64,000 nucleotides of DNA, taken from contig JARVJP010000009.1 of the NCBI GenBank assembly GCA_029776065.1, forward strand, positions 196,514-260,513, in the 5' to 3' direction. This document shows positions 29,204 to 37,908 of the stretch, in pieces. The first letter of the stretch is position 1, and the number at the start of each line of letters is the position of its first letter. The notes under the pieces were generated by a model, which searched no databases, was not told where the DNA came from, and saw only the letters and a list, made by a program, of their open reading frames with translations. Made by a program: the position numbers and the translations under genes. Source of the DNA: Nitrososphaeria archaeon. Its GTDB lineage: Archaea > Thermoproteota > Nitrososphaeria > JACIWG01.

Positions 29204-29260
29204 GTTATTTAAAATAGAAAAGTTTAATATTCCTTTTGTTTTTATAATATACGAATAAAA

Positions 29261-29494
29261 ATGCCATTGGCCTTTGTATTAATAAATGCGGATTTGGGGA
29301 CAGAGGAAGAATTAATTAAAGAACTTAAAAAAATAGAAGAAGTAAAAGAGGTCTATGTGGTTTATGGTGTCTATGACATTATTGCAAAAATTCAAGCAGA
29401 CACTATGGATAAAGTGAAGGACACAATAACTTGGAAGATCAGACGACTTGACAAAGTACGTTCAACACTTACGATGATTGTTGTCGAAGAATAA
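29261..29494 (+). CDS. Stand-alone RAM (Lrp/AsnC C-terminal-like) ligand-binding domain protein
   Basis: 77 aa, beta-alpha-beta-beta-alpha-beta pattern (AFVLINADLG…VKEVYVVYGVYDIIAKI…). Confidence 0.5.
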   Translation: MPLAFVLINADLGTEEELIKELKKIEEVKEVYVVYGVYDIIAKIQADTMDKVKDTITWKIRRLDKVRSTLTMIVVEE

Positions 29495-30818
29495 GGTAAT
29501 ACGACTCGCCTTAGACGACGTAGACTCCCCAACCTATGGTTGTACAACGTTTTCCTTATCGTTGATTATAAACCAGTTAATAGAAGAAAAAGTAAAGTTC
29601 TTGGATTATCCACATCTTGTTCGCCTTAACCCCAACATCCCTTGGAAGACTAGAGGAAACGGATCTGTCTCATTAACAGTGGAACACGATGATCCAGAGC
29701 ATATCTTTAGGATTGCTAAGAAAATAGTTTACAAAAGCTATGTTGAAGCAGACAAGAAATCAACTCCTGCTATTGTTTTATTTTATGGGCAAGATCTAAA
29801 TGATGAATTAATATCATTTTCTGAAGAAGCTTTGTATAAAGTTTTAAGTGTAAAAAGAGCAAAACTTCTTCTCGAAAAATATAATTTTCTCTATAAAACT
29901 TACGGCGGCGAAATCGGTCTTGTAGGCGCATTGTCTGGGTTGTCAAATACTCTAACTGAACATACTTATGAAATAATATGCTATCGTTATCCAGAAAATT
30001 ATTTAAAGCCAAGAAAAATTGACCCCTATTCAATAATTGAGATGTCCAATAAGACCTATCCTTATACGTACAATAATTATGATCCGTTAACAAATCGGAT
30101 TCTGATTACTCCACATGGTCCTGATCCAATATTTTTTGGCATCAGAGGTCTTTTTCCGAAAATACTTGTTAAAGCTTTTAATATGCTAAAAATGGAGGAA
30201 AAACCTTCACACTATGTCATATTCAAAACAAATCAAGGAACAAACTCCCATTTAAAAACATTATTTAAGATAAAAGACATTAAACCATATTATTCTGTCA
30301 AAGTTCGAGGAAAGGTTAAAACGCGTCCTATCATAAAAGAGGGCGGACATGTATTCTTTTTATTAGAAGACGAGTCTTCAAATATCACGTGCGCAGCTTA
30401 CGAACCAACTAAATCGTTTAGAAAGATCATTCTTAACCTAAGGCCTGCTGATATAATAGAAGTTGGAGGGGGTATCCGGCCTCCAACTAAGAAAGATAAT
30501 ATGACCCTAAATATAGAGTATCTTAAAGTTCTTGAACTAGCAGAAGACCTCTCATATGAGAACCCAAAGTGTTCTAAATGTGGTCGGCACATGAAATCAA
30601 TTGGGAAAGGCAAAGGTTTTAAATGTGACAAATGCAAAATAAAATCAACTACAGCAAATAAAATAGCCATTAAAAACCCAAGAAATATAAAACATGATAT
30701 ATATCTTCCCCCTCCATCTGCCCATCGTCATCTAACTAAGCCTCTTCAATACTATAGAATAGACCTAACAAAGAACTTTCTACTTGAGAAAAACCTATTT
30801 TTTAAATCATTTAAATAA
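29478..30818 (+). CDS. tiaS: tRNA(Ile2) 2-agmatinylcytidine synthetase TiaS
   Basis: N-terminus …IRLALDDVDSPTYGCTTF… (TiaS kinase-like DDxDSP…GMCTT motif). C-terminal zinc ribbon (CSKCGRHM…CDKCK). Confidence 0.65.
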   Translation: MLSKNKVIRLALDDVDSPTYGCTTFSLSLIINQLIEEKVKFLDYPHLVRLNPNIPWKTRGNGSVSLTVEHDDPEHIFRIAKKIVYKSYVEADKKSTPAIVLFYGQDLNDELISFSEEALYKVLSVKRAKLLLEKYNFLYKTYGGEIGLVGALSGLSNTLTEHTYEIICYRYPENYLKPRKIDPYSIIEMSNKTYPYTYNNYDPLTNRILITPHGPDPIFFGIRGLFPKILVKAFNMLKMEEKPSHYVIFKTNQGTNSHLKTLFKIKDIKPYYSVKVRGKVKTRPIIKEGGHVFFLLEDESSNITCAAYEPTKSFRKIILNLRPADIIEVGGGIRPPTKKDNMTLNIEYLKVLELAEDLSYENPKCSKCGRHMKSIGKGKGFKCDKCKIKSTTANKIAIKNPRNIKHDIYLPPPSAHRHLTKPLQYYRIDLTKNFLLEKNLFFKSFK

Positions 30819-30867
30819 TGGGAATAGTCAAAATATTTAAAAAGAGGGACCTTTGGTCAAAAGAAAT

Positions 30868-30942
30868 AGCGAGGTGGGGAAGCTAGGTTATCCCGGCGGG
30901 CTCATAACCCGCAGATCAGTGGTTCAAATCCACTCCTCGCTA
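30868..30942 (+). tRNA. tRNA-Met(CAU), initiator-like
   Basis: Acceptor AGCGAGG/CCTCGCT (A1:U72). Anticodon stem GCGGG/CCCGC (three G-C pairs next to the loop). Loop CTCATAA. T-arm AGTGG-TTCAAAT-CCACT. Confidence 0.7.
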
Positions 30943-30983
30943 CTTCGCACAATTTTTTTTAAAAAGATTTTCTATTATCATGT

Positions 30984-31715
30984 TTAAAAATTATTTTGTT
31001 TTTCATGTTTAAACTTCCATGCACGCTCCAAAGCCCCCACTAAATTGGTTAACAACTTAAATGGATCCTTTGATTCACAAATTGCCCTAGCCGCCCCTGT
31101 TCCATCCGCTCCAAGTTCTATGATTCTAATAATGTCCTCTTCCGTAGCCACTCCCCCTCCAAGAAGGATGTAAATGTCTTTATTCACTTTTTTTGTTATC
31201 TTAACAGATTGAATTGCGAAACTCTCCTGTTCCCTTGCAACAGATCTAAGTGTTCCTATCAAATCAGGAGGTTCGGGTACAATTATATCTGGTTTTAATA
31301 TGGCAAGAGCCCCTGCCGCATTAGGCGTATCGCACGCGACTATAGAAATTAAGTCAACTTCTTTTGCTCTTCTAATTGTTTTTTCTATTTTTGTAAGTGA
31401 AAGCTTACGTTCTGTATGATTAATGAAAACACCGGTTGCTCCTGCATCTTTTACTGCTTCAGGTAGAATAAAACCTGTTCCACGACCAGGTCTTAAAGCA
31501 TCCATGTATGGAGCAAAAACAGGAATTTCGACCTCTTTAGCAATAACTGGTACGTCTGTTAACTGGGGCATAACATAAAGATAACTATCTGTGTCTTTTG
31601 CAACTTTATCTATTATCTTAGAGATCTTTAAAGCTCTCTCACCCCATATATATGACTTAAAATTGACTCCAAATATTGGCGCATGCAACTTTGAAGTAGA
31701 CTTATTTTTTGTCAT
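30984..31715 (-). CDS. tpiA: Triosephosphate isomerase (archaeal type)
   Basis: …NFKSY…, …FINHTERK…, …VPEPPDLIGT…, …GGGV…. Archaeal TIM signature blocks. Confidence 0.75.
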   Translation of the reverse strand: MTKNKSTSKLHAPIFGVNFKSYIWGERALKISKIIDKVAKDTDSYLYVMPQLTDVPVIAKEVEIPVFAPYMDALRPGRGTGFILPEAVKDAGATGVFINHTERKLSLTKIEKTIRRAKEVDLISIVACDTPNAAGALAILKPDIIVPEPPDLIGTLRSVAREQESFAIQSVKITKKVNKDIYILLGGGVATEEDIIRIIELGADGTGAARAICESKDPFKLLTNLVGALERAWKFKHEKQNNF

Positions 31716-31782
31716 AATTCATCTATAAAGAATTTTAATTTATTTATAAAGATTTATAATATTGGCAAACAAAAAAGAGTCG

Positions 31783-32364
31783 TTAAATACCTATTAGTGA
31801 TTCAATACTTTTTCCCATTGAATTTTCAATTTCTCTTTTAAATTGAAGTATTCTAAGGTTTGTTTCATTTCCTTTTCCAAGCATTGATTCAAACTTTTCT
31901 AATGTTACCGATAGTGGCTTAATTTGATTGTCTTCTACATATTTGTCTGCTATACAGACTATTTTTTCTTCTAAGGTAGATGGAATAAAATCTCTTTCCG
32001 GCATTCCAAATTTAGTAGCATCTAGTTTACTTATTCCCCCACCAACATGTCTCTCAACTATCTTAACTATTGCCTCATCATATCCTCCTTTTCTTAAAAT
32101 TTCGCCACCTAAAAAACCATGTCTAACTGAGTGTTCTTTCGAACGTCCTATATCATGTAAAATAGATCCTTTAATAACTTCTATGTCATTGACTTTGATC
32201 CCTGATCTTTCCAAAGCATTAACAATCCTTTGTGAAATTTTTGTGACTAAAATACAATGATCTATTATGTATCGATTACATCCGTGTTTTTTAAGTTCTT
32301 CTATCCCATCTGATATTAATGTGTACGCTTTTCTAATTCTTCTTCTATTTGCTTTATTTTCCAT
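31783..32364 (-). CDS. HD-domain phosphohydrolase
   Basis: …SILHDIGRSKEH…IVERHVGGGI…. Confidence 0.5.
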   Translation of the reverse strand: MENKANRRRIRKAYTLISDGIEELKKHGCNRYIIDHCILVTKISQRIVNALERSGIKVNDIEVIKGSILHDIGRSKEHSVRHGFLGGEILRKGGYDEAIVKIVERHVGGGISKLDATKFGMPERDFIPSTLEEKIVCIADKYVEDNQIKPLSVTLEKFESMLGKGNETNLRILQFKREIENSMGKSIESLIGI

Positions 32365-32834
32365 TTTAAAGTCTCTTTAAATTCTTCATCTTTTATAAGA
32401 TTTAATGTTTTTCCACATCTTGGGCATTTAAACAAGTTTTCCATTGCTTCGACAAAAGGCATCTTCTTACATCCCACTGTTCCACAGTAATAAAATTCAT
32501 TCGTTTCTTCATATTCAAGCCTTTGCTTTAACTTTTCCAAGATCTTCCGTTTTTGGCTCTCAATAAAACTATCAGTTTGATCCCTACGTGCTTGCCATCT
32601 ATAAACAAACCATCCTTTCTTAGGGTCTCTTACTCTTATTCCTGATATAAGAGAATGGCCAAAGAGATCATATAATACGCGCCTAACAATGTTTATTTTA
32701 AGTCCTGTTGCACTTGCAATTTCTTCATCAGTAGCATTTTCATTATTTAGAAGAGCTCGTGCTACTCTAATATACTCCTCAGCTCCTAAAAGGCTTGCTG
32801 CTTTTACAAAGGAATCTTCATATTCAACTTTCAA
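32316..32834 (-). CDS. tfe: Transcription factor E (TFIIE-alpha homolog)
   Basis: N-terminal winged helix plus C-terminal zinc ribbon (…CGTVGCKKM…CPRCGKTL…). Confidence 0.75.
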   Translation of the reverse strand: MKVEYEDSFVKAASLLGAEEYIRVARALLNNENATDEEIASATGLKINIVRRVLYDLFGHSLISGIRVRDPKKGWFVYRWQARRDQTDSFIESQKRKILEKLKQRLEYEETNEFYYCGTVGCKKMPFVEAMENLFKCPRCGKTLNLIKDEEFKETLKWKIKQIEEELEKRTH

Positions 32835-33357
32835 TTACTTTCTTCCCCCTCTCCGTTGGCACAATAGTTAATTTGGCATCACTAAATTTTAAACCTATCT
32901 CTTTTCCCATATAAAATCGGTCTAAAAAGATCGCTAAAGCTGCAACTTCTGAATGAGGTTGATTTGTTATTGAAACATTAAAATCACTTAGTGTATAAAG
33001 TTCTTTAGGAACTTTTTCTGCTCCTATTACAACCAACTTCTTTCTCTTATCTTTTCTTATTTCATCTATTATTAAATCTACTGGTATTCCATACATTGTG
33101 AGGTGCACTATGATACCTTCTGTCTCCTTCCACTTTAATATAATTTCCTTCCAGTTTTTTTCAATGATTTGTGTTTCAAAGGGTCCTCCCCACATTTCTG
33201 TTACTTCATCAATTTTTTGTTTGATATCCTTTTCTATGCCAATAAATAAAATTCCTTTCGCTCCAAAAGCTCTGGCTACTAATCCAACATGAGTTGTAAT
33301 TCTTTTGTCACGTTCTGTTCGATGTCCCAGCCTGAGTACATATATTTCTTCTCGCAT
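32824..33357 (-). CDS. tRNA (cytidine56-2'-O)-methyltransferase aTrm56 (SPOUT)
   Basis: …VLRLGHRTERDKRITTHVGLVARAFGA…ITNQPHSEVAALAIFLDR…. The start at the internal Met (MREEIY…) is preferred over the ORF-track start at 33375. Confidence 0.65.
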   Translation of the reverse strand: MREEIYVLRLGHRTERDKRITTHVGLVARAFGAKGILFIGIEKDIKQKIDEVTEMWGGPFETQIIEKNWKEIILKWKETEGIIVHLTMYGIPVDLIIDEIRKDKRKKLVVIGAEKVPKELYTLSDFNVSITNQPHSEVAALAIFLDRFYMGKEIGLKFSDAKLTIVPTERGKKVIES

Positions 33358-34594
33358 ATTCAAGGTAAGCTTCAAATCTCTTTAAAACAGTTTTTCTTGC
33401 TATAACCTCAAGTAATAGGTAATTTTCAAGTTTTGTAGTTTTTGTTTTTGAATATTGTTTTAACCAATCCAAATTATTTGAAATTAAAGGTATGATAGAA
33501 TATTCAATGGCATATTCTTTCCGTTCCTCCCCAATTTTAAATTTAATCATTTTGAGTAATTCATCAATTCCATAGCCTGTTTTCGATGAGACAACAACAA
33601 AATAATCAAGTTTTTCACCTCTGAAGTATTCTTCAACTTCACCTATTTTGTTTTCAGATACTAAATCTTGTTTGTTTAAGACGATTACTACATCACTTAT
33701 TTCTATCCCCAATTCTTGTAAAATATTAAGGGAAGTCACATACTTTCTTTTTACTTCCTCGATCGGTTCACTTATATCAACTATTAATAGGACAACGTCA
33801 GCAAATTTTAACTCTTCTAGAGTTGATTTAAAAGCCTCTATCATATATGGTGGAATCTTTCTGATAAATCCTACGGTGTCAGAAATTAGAACATCTTTTC
33901 CACCTAAAACTCTTCTTGTAGTGGTTCTCAATGTAGTGAAAATTCGTTCTGAAACCGGAAGATTCTCCCCAGTTAAGAAATTAAAAAGTGAAGTCTTTCC
34001 CGCACCAGTGTATCCAGACAAAGATACTAACGGAATTCCCTTTTCTTCTCTTTGGGTTCGTTGAACCTTTCTTTGTTGTCTTATTTTAATCAACTTTCTG
34101 TTTAAGGATCCTATTTGCCTTTTGATTTGATTAATATAAACATCTACCTCATACTCTCCTAACCCAAAGAACCCTGGTTGTTCACCCATTTTTTCAAGTC
34201 TAACTTTGTCCTTTGCCCTTACCAATTCGTATCGTTGTTCCGCCAATTTTATCTGAAGTTTTGCTTCCCTTGTTAAAGCATGCTTTGTAAAAATTTGAAG
34301 AATTAATCTTTCTCTATCAATAATTTCTTTTTTCAAGACCTTTGCAAGGTTATATGCTTGGGTGCTACGTATTGTTTCATCAAAGATAACCTTGTCAATT
34401 TGTTGTTTTTCAATTATAGATATCAACTCTTCTAGTTTGCCTTTTCCTAAGCCATATTTTGCTCTTTTAAGATATCTTTGAGTTAATACGTCAACGACGT
34501 TATAACCTGCTGTAGTCGCTAGAGCTATAGCTTCTTTAATTATGTGCTGCTCTGGGTATGTAATAAGAACTACTTTTTCTCTCTCTGCTGTCAT
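33308..34594 (-). CDS. hflX: GTPase HflX
   Basis: HflX N-terminal domain plus G-domain (…VSLSGYTGAGKTSLFN…, …DTVGFI…, …NKQD…). Confidence 0.8.
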   Translation of the reverse strand: MTAEREKVVLITYPEQHIIKEAIALATTAGYNVVDVLTQRYLKRAKYGLGKGKLEELISIIEKQQIDKVIFDETIRSTQAYNLAKVLKKEIIDRERLILQIFTKHALTREAKLQIKLAEQRYELVRAKDKVRLEKMGEQPGFFGLGEYEVDVYINQIKRQIGSLNRKLIKIRQQRKVQRTQREEKGIPLVSLSGYTGAGKTSLFNFLTGENLPVSERIFTTLRTTTRRVLGGKDVLISDTVGFIRKIPPYMIEAFKSTLEELKFADVVLLIVDISEPIEEVKRKYVTSLNILQELGIEISDVVIVLNKQDLVSENKIGEVEEYFRGEKLDYFVVVSSKTGYGIDELLKMIKFKIGEERKEYAIEYSIIPLISNNLDWLKQYSKTKTTKLENYLLLEVIARKTVLKRFEAYLEYARRNICTQAGTSNRT

Positions 34595-34987
34595 TTATTC
34601 ATCCTCTGATGTTGTAAACAAGGTGATTTTAAGTGCTCTTTCTAACTTTTTACCAATTAACATGTTTGGCTTCATTCTTCCAGATTCAATAAGTTTAATC
34701 ACAGAAGCCTTCTCCTTGATTTTTTGTGCTAAATCATCTTGCGATAGTCCCATACGCTCCCTTGCTTTCTTTATTGTTGTTGCATAGTCTAAAATGACTT
34801 CCATGTCATCAATGTTTATTCGTTCTATCTTAGGTGAACTAGTTTTTACAAGTTTACTTTTCGGTTTTTCCTTCACTTCTCTTTCTGCTAAAATGGCACA
34901 ATGGCTACATACTTCGAGTATTGAGCCATCTATCATGACTCTTTTTAATCTTCCTTCAATCCTTCTTCCGCAAATTTCGCAATTCAT
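34595..34987 (-). CDS. Archaeal multiprotein bridging factor 1 (zinc ribbon + XRE HTH)
   Basis: MNCEICGRR…CSHC. Then the HTH …ARERMGLSQDDLAQKIKEKASVIKLIESG…. Confidence 0.75.
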   Translation of the reverse strand: MNCEICGRRIEGRLKRVMIDGSILEVCSHCAILAEREVKEKPKSKLVKTSSPKIERINIDDMEVILDYATTIKKARERMGLSQDDLAQKIKEKASVIKLIESGRMKPNMLIGKKLERALKITLFTTSEDE

Positions 34988-35042
34988 ATCTTGTTACCTC
35001 AAAAACTTTAAGTCAATCACTATTTTAAGAAGTGATGCTGGC

Positions 35043-35483
35043 ATGCGTAAACTAAAAGATCTCCCCTATATATTAAATTATATTTATGGTGACTCTGTTG
35101 GAGAATTATTGGATCTTAAGAACTTCAAACCACTGATTTCTAAGAGAACTGGTAAAGTAAAGCAATTATTCTATAAAGAGAAACTTTTTGCTACTTTTCG
35201 TCCTAATGGTAGTTTTGCACCTACTCCTCAAACATATAATGTTCTTTCAAAAAAAATGAAGAATAATGTTGTGACGGTTAAGGATGATGCTCTCCCACAT
35301 ATAAGAAAAGGATCCTCCATTTTTGTTCAGAATATAAAACAGATTGGAAAAAACATTCACGTTGGATCAGATGTTTTTATACTTGATTCAAAAGGGAATC
35401 TTATTGGTTTGGGTAAATCAACAATTTCTTCAAAACAAATAAAACATTTTAAATCGGGGTTGTGTGTAAAAAATAGGGGGTAA
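35043..35483 (+). CDS. PUA-domain RNA-binding protein
   Basis: ATG at 35043 is in-frame with ORF 34794-35483. The upstream part of that ORF is antisense to MBF1. C-terminal PUA-like …VKDDALPHIRKGSSIFVQNI…VFILDSKGNLIGLGKS…. Confidence 0.5.
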   Translation: MRKLKDLPYILNYIYGDSVGELLDLKNFKPLISKRTGKVKQLFYKEKLFATFRPNGSFAPTPQTYNVLSKKMKNNVVTVKDDALPHIRKGSSIFVQNIKQIGKNIHVGSDVFILDSKGNLIGLGKSTISSKQIKHFKSGLCVKNRG

Positions 35484-35487
35484 AAGG

Positions 35488-35829
35488 ATGAGCTTCAGAT
35501 TAAGCCAGAGAGATGCAAAAAGGATGATGGACAAACTCGGTTTAGCGATGAAAGAAATTCCTGGCGTTAAAGAAGTTATCATAAGGTCTATTGACAAGGA
35601 TATTATAATCCGAGGCCCCTCTGTTTCTCAAGTTAATGCCCAAGGTATGCAAATCTTCCAAGTTATGGGCGGCTCAATTGAAGAACAAAGTGTGACCAAG
35701 AAGTATAATGAAGAAGACATTTTGCTTATAGCGCAACAAACAGGTGTTACAAAAGAAGTCGCTGAAGAAGCTCTTAAAGAATCTGAGGGAGATCTTGCCC
35801 GAGCTATTCTAAAGTTGTCTTCTAAGTAA
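35488..35829 (+). CDS. nac: Nascent polypeptide-associated complex protein (NAC alpha, with UBA domain)
   Basis: NAC domain …VKEVIIRSIDKDIIIRGPSV…. C-terminal UBA …DILLIAQQTGVTKEVAEEALKESEGDLARAILKL. Confidence 0.8.
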   Translation: MSFRLSQRDAKRMMDKLGLAMKEIPGVKEVIIRSIDKDIIIRGPSVSQVNAQGMQIFQVMGGSIEEQSVTKKYNEEDILLIAQQTGVTKEVAEEALKESEGDLARAILKLSSK

Positions 35830-36246
35830 TTATCTTTTAACGAAAAGGAATATTCTAGTATTTCCTTGAAGTTCCTCAATTATCCTTTTAGTTATTAACT
35901 TTACAACATCCCTCAATCCACATCTTTTGTTTATGTCATCAAAAGAAACAAAAGGTTTTTTCTCCCTCTCATTCAGTATTTGCATCATATATGTTTTCCC
36001 AATCCCTGGTATTAATTCTAAACTATGTAGTCTAGGTGTGACTGGTAGGGCTTCATTAAAATATTTAACAAATCTTTGCTCGTTAGCTAAAACCAATTTC
36101 TCACAAACATATGTAAGTTCATTTCTTGCGTTTGGTGAGAGATCTTCAAAGTTGAGTCTTCCAAGAACACTTATTATTTTTTTTCTTCCCTCTTTCCCTA
36201 TATATATTCTCTCTCCTACCTCATAGATGACATTGTTCATCGACAA
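35830..36246 (-). CDS. COG1491/DUF655 RNA-binding protein (OB fold + HhH). The conserved N-terminus continues upstream to ~36385 without an in-frame start.
   Basis: …LELIPGIGKTYMMQIL… (HhH). The in-frame upstream translation …RERKFEEYAYLLDFIPNGRSVVIKGREGPIVQAIGEENLILLEIL is the conserved N-terminal domain of this family. Confidence 0.65.
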   Translation of the reverse strand: MSMNNVIYEVGERIYIGKEGRKKIISVLGRLNFEDLSPNARNELTYVCEKLVLANEQRFVKYFNEALPVTPRLHSLELIPGIGKTYMMQILNEREKKPFVSFDDINKRCGLRDVVKLITKRIIEELQGNTRIFLFVKR

Positions 36247-36389
36247 AATCTCTAGGAGTATTAGATTTTCTTCCCCTATAGCTTGTACTATAGGTCCTTC
36301 TCTACCTTTTATTACAACAGATCTTCCATTAGGGATAAAATCTAGTAGATAAGCGTATTCTTCAAATTTTCTTTCTCTAAAGGTAATAT

Positions 36390-36740
36390 TTACTCACCTT
36401 TACTTTTTTCTTCATTAATAATACTCAAAATTAAATTTTTCTTTTCAGTAGAGAAGATCTTCCTCCAACCTGCGATAAGAGCGTTTAATTCACCAATTGA
36501 AGTAGGTAAAATGTTTATAACTTCTATCGCTTCTTCCTCAGTTAATCCAGATTCATTAATAAGTCTATTTTTAATTTTGACTGCAGTTTTAGCATCGACT
36601 TTTGTGAATTTTGTTAGATAATCAATAGTTCTCTTTTGAATTTGATCTGCTTCTTCGACATTTACCTTTTCCAAAATCTCTTTAGCCTCAGCCATTGTTA
36701 TAGGTCTTTTAACCATCTCCTTCTTCTCCAATGATTTCAC
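36390..36740 (-). CDS. rpoF: DNA-directed RNA polymerase subunit Rpo4 (RpoF)
   Basis: 116 aa. Sits in the conserved L21e-rpoF-COG1491 gene order. Confidence 0.65.
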   Translation of the reverse strand: MKSLEKKEMVKRPITMAEAKEILEKVNVEEADQIQKRTIDYLTKFTKVDAKTAVKIKNRLINESGLTEEEAIEVINILPTSIGELNALIAGWRKIFSTEKKNLILSIINEEKSKGE

Positions 36741-36741
36741 C

Positions 36742-37029
36742 TTATGCAGATAAAGGTTTCACGTGCTCTAGCCTAGCAATAATTTTTTTAGTTTTATCTC
36801 CAACTTTAACATTGACCAAGAGTGCTCTCTTCATAACCTTCTCTACTACTCCAACTTTTCCATGATACCTTCTATGAGGCATTCCTTTAACTACTGAGGG
36901 GTTAATTTTTATTACAACTTTATCATTTACATTATAATTTCTTAATAAGTAGGATATTCCTTGCTCATCATTGGAGTCCTTAGTTAGCAGGCTCCTTGTC
37001 TTCTTTCTATATCCTCTTGATCTAGGCAT
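36742..37029 (-). CDS. rpl21e: 50S ribosomal protein L21e
   Basis: MPRSRGYRKKTRSLL…MPHRRYHGKVG…. Confidence 0.85.
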   Translation of the reverse strand: MPRSRGYRKKTRSLLTKDSNDEQGISYLLRNYNVNDKVVIKINPSVVKGMPHRRYHGKVGVVEKVMKRALLVNVKVGDKTKKIIARLEHVKPLSA

Positions 37030-37075
37030 TTATGCCCCCATCCATCTGCTTTATCTTATGTAATATAGTTTTATC

Positions 37076-37903
37076 TTAAATATCTTTTTTTTCTAATTTA
37101 TCCGTTCTAATAATCTTAAATTCTTCCCTTGATAATCTTTTGATTTCAGAGAGAACAATCTTATTTAAGTCTATACGATCATCTATCTGTCTTCTTTTTT
37201 TTGGATGAATAACTTTGATTAAGAAAGGCATCTCCAAATGTAATGCACCTTCAACGCCCATTATTATCACCTTCGCATCTTCTGCTTTAAAGTAAGTAAT
37301 AAAAAACTCTTTAATTGTTTTTTTAACTTCAACAGTTTCCTCCTTTACGAAATATCTTCCTGAATAAAATATTGGGCTAGTGATTATTTTTATTTCAAGT
37401 TCATCATTAAACGGTTCAAATATAATCTTTATGTCAGGATCAGAAAAATTAGTTTCTTTTCTTAAGTGTTCATTTAATTTTAATCCTACTTCCCGAACTA
37501 TTTCCTTGCGAAGGTTTTCCCCCCTCAGTTTGAACTTAGACTTAACCTTTTCTTCCTTTTCTATTAAGTTGATTGGAATCTTAACTCCACATAGAAAATT
37601 TTCAAATTCATACCCTTCTAACACATCTATTAACTTAATTACAATATCATCTGTTTTACTAAAAATATTTCCACATAAATCGCACTTTTGTTCTTCCATA
37701 ATGTCGAGAAGATCTTTCCAAGTGTATCCTTCTCTTTTTTTGCCTTTAATTCTGGTCATTGCAAAAAACTTTAGTAATACACCCTTCTCAGAATTTGAGA
37801 GTTCTGGTCTAAATTTAGGAAATTGTCTGCCTAAACATTTATCACACATATGAATTTCTCTTAAGATTTTTTCTGCTAAAGTAACCTCTCTTAGAGTCTT
37901 CAT
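37076..37903 (-). CDS. Pus10-like protein (N-terminal zinc/THUMP-like region; unusually short)
   Basis: …IHMCDKCLGRQF… (the CxxCLGRxF motif of tRNA pseudouridine synthase Pus10) and a second CDLCGN pair. Only 275 aa and no obvious catalytic Asp block. Confidence 0.35.
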   Translation of the reverse strand: MKTLREVTLAEKILREIHMCDKCLGRQFPKFRPELSNSEKGVLLKFFAMTRIKGKKREGYTWKDLLDIMEEQKCDLCGNIFSKTDDIVIKLIDVLEGYEFENFLCGVKIPINLIEKEEKVKSKFKLRGENLRKEIVREVGLKLNEHLRKETNFSDPDIKIIFEPFNDELEIKIITSPIFYSGRYFVKEETVEVKKTIKEFFITYFKAEDAKVIIMGVEGALHLEMPFLIKVIHPKKRRQIDDRIDLNKIVLSEIKRLSREEFKIIRTDKLEKKDI

Positions 37904-37908
37904 ATACT

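Noticed and set aside
34794-35042. Upstream 83 codons of ORF 34794-35483
   Set aside because: Antisense to the MBF1 gene and compositionally odd. The PUA-domain protein most plausibly starts at the ATG at 35043.
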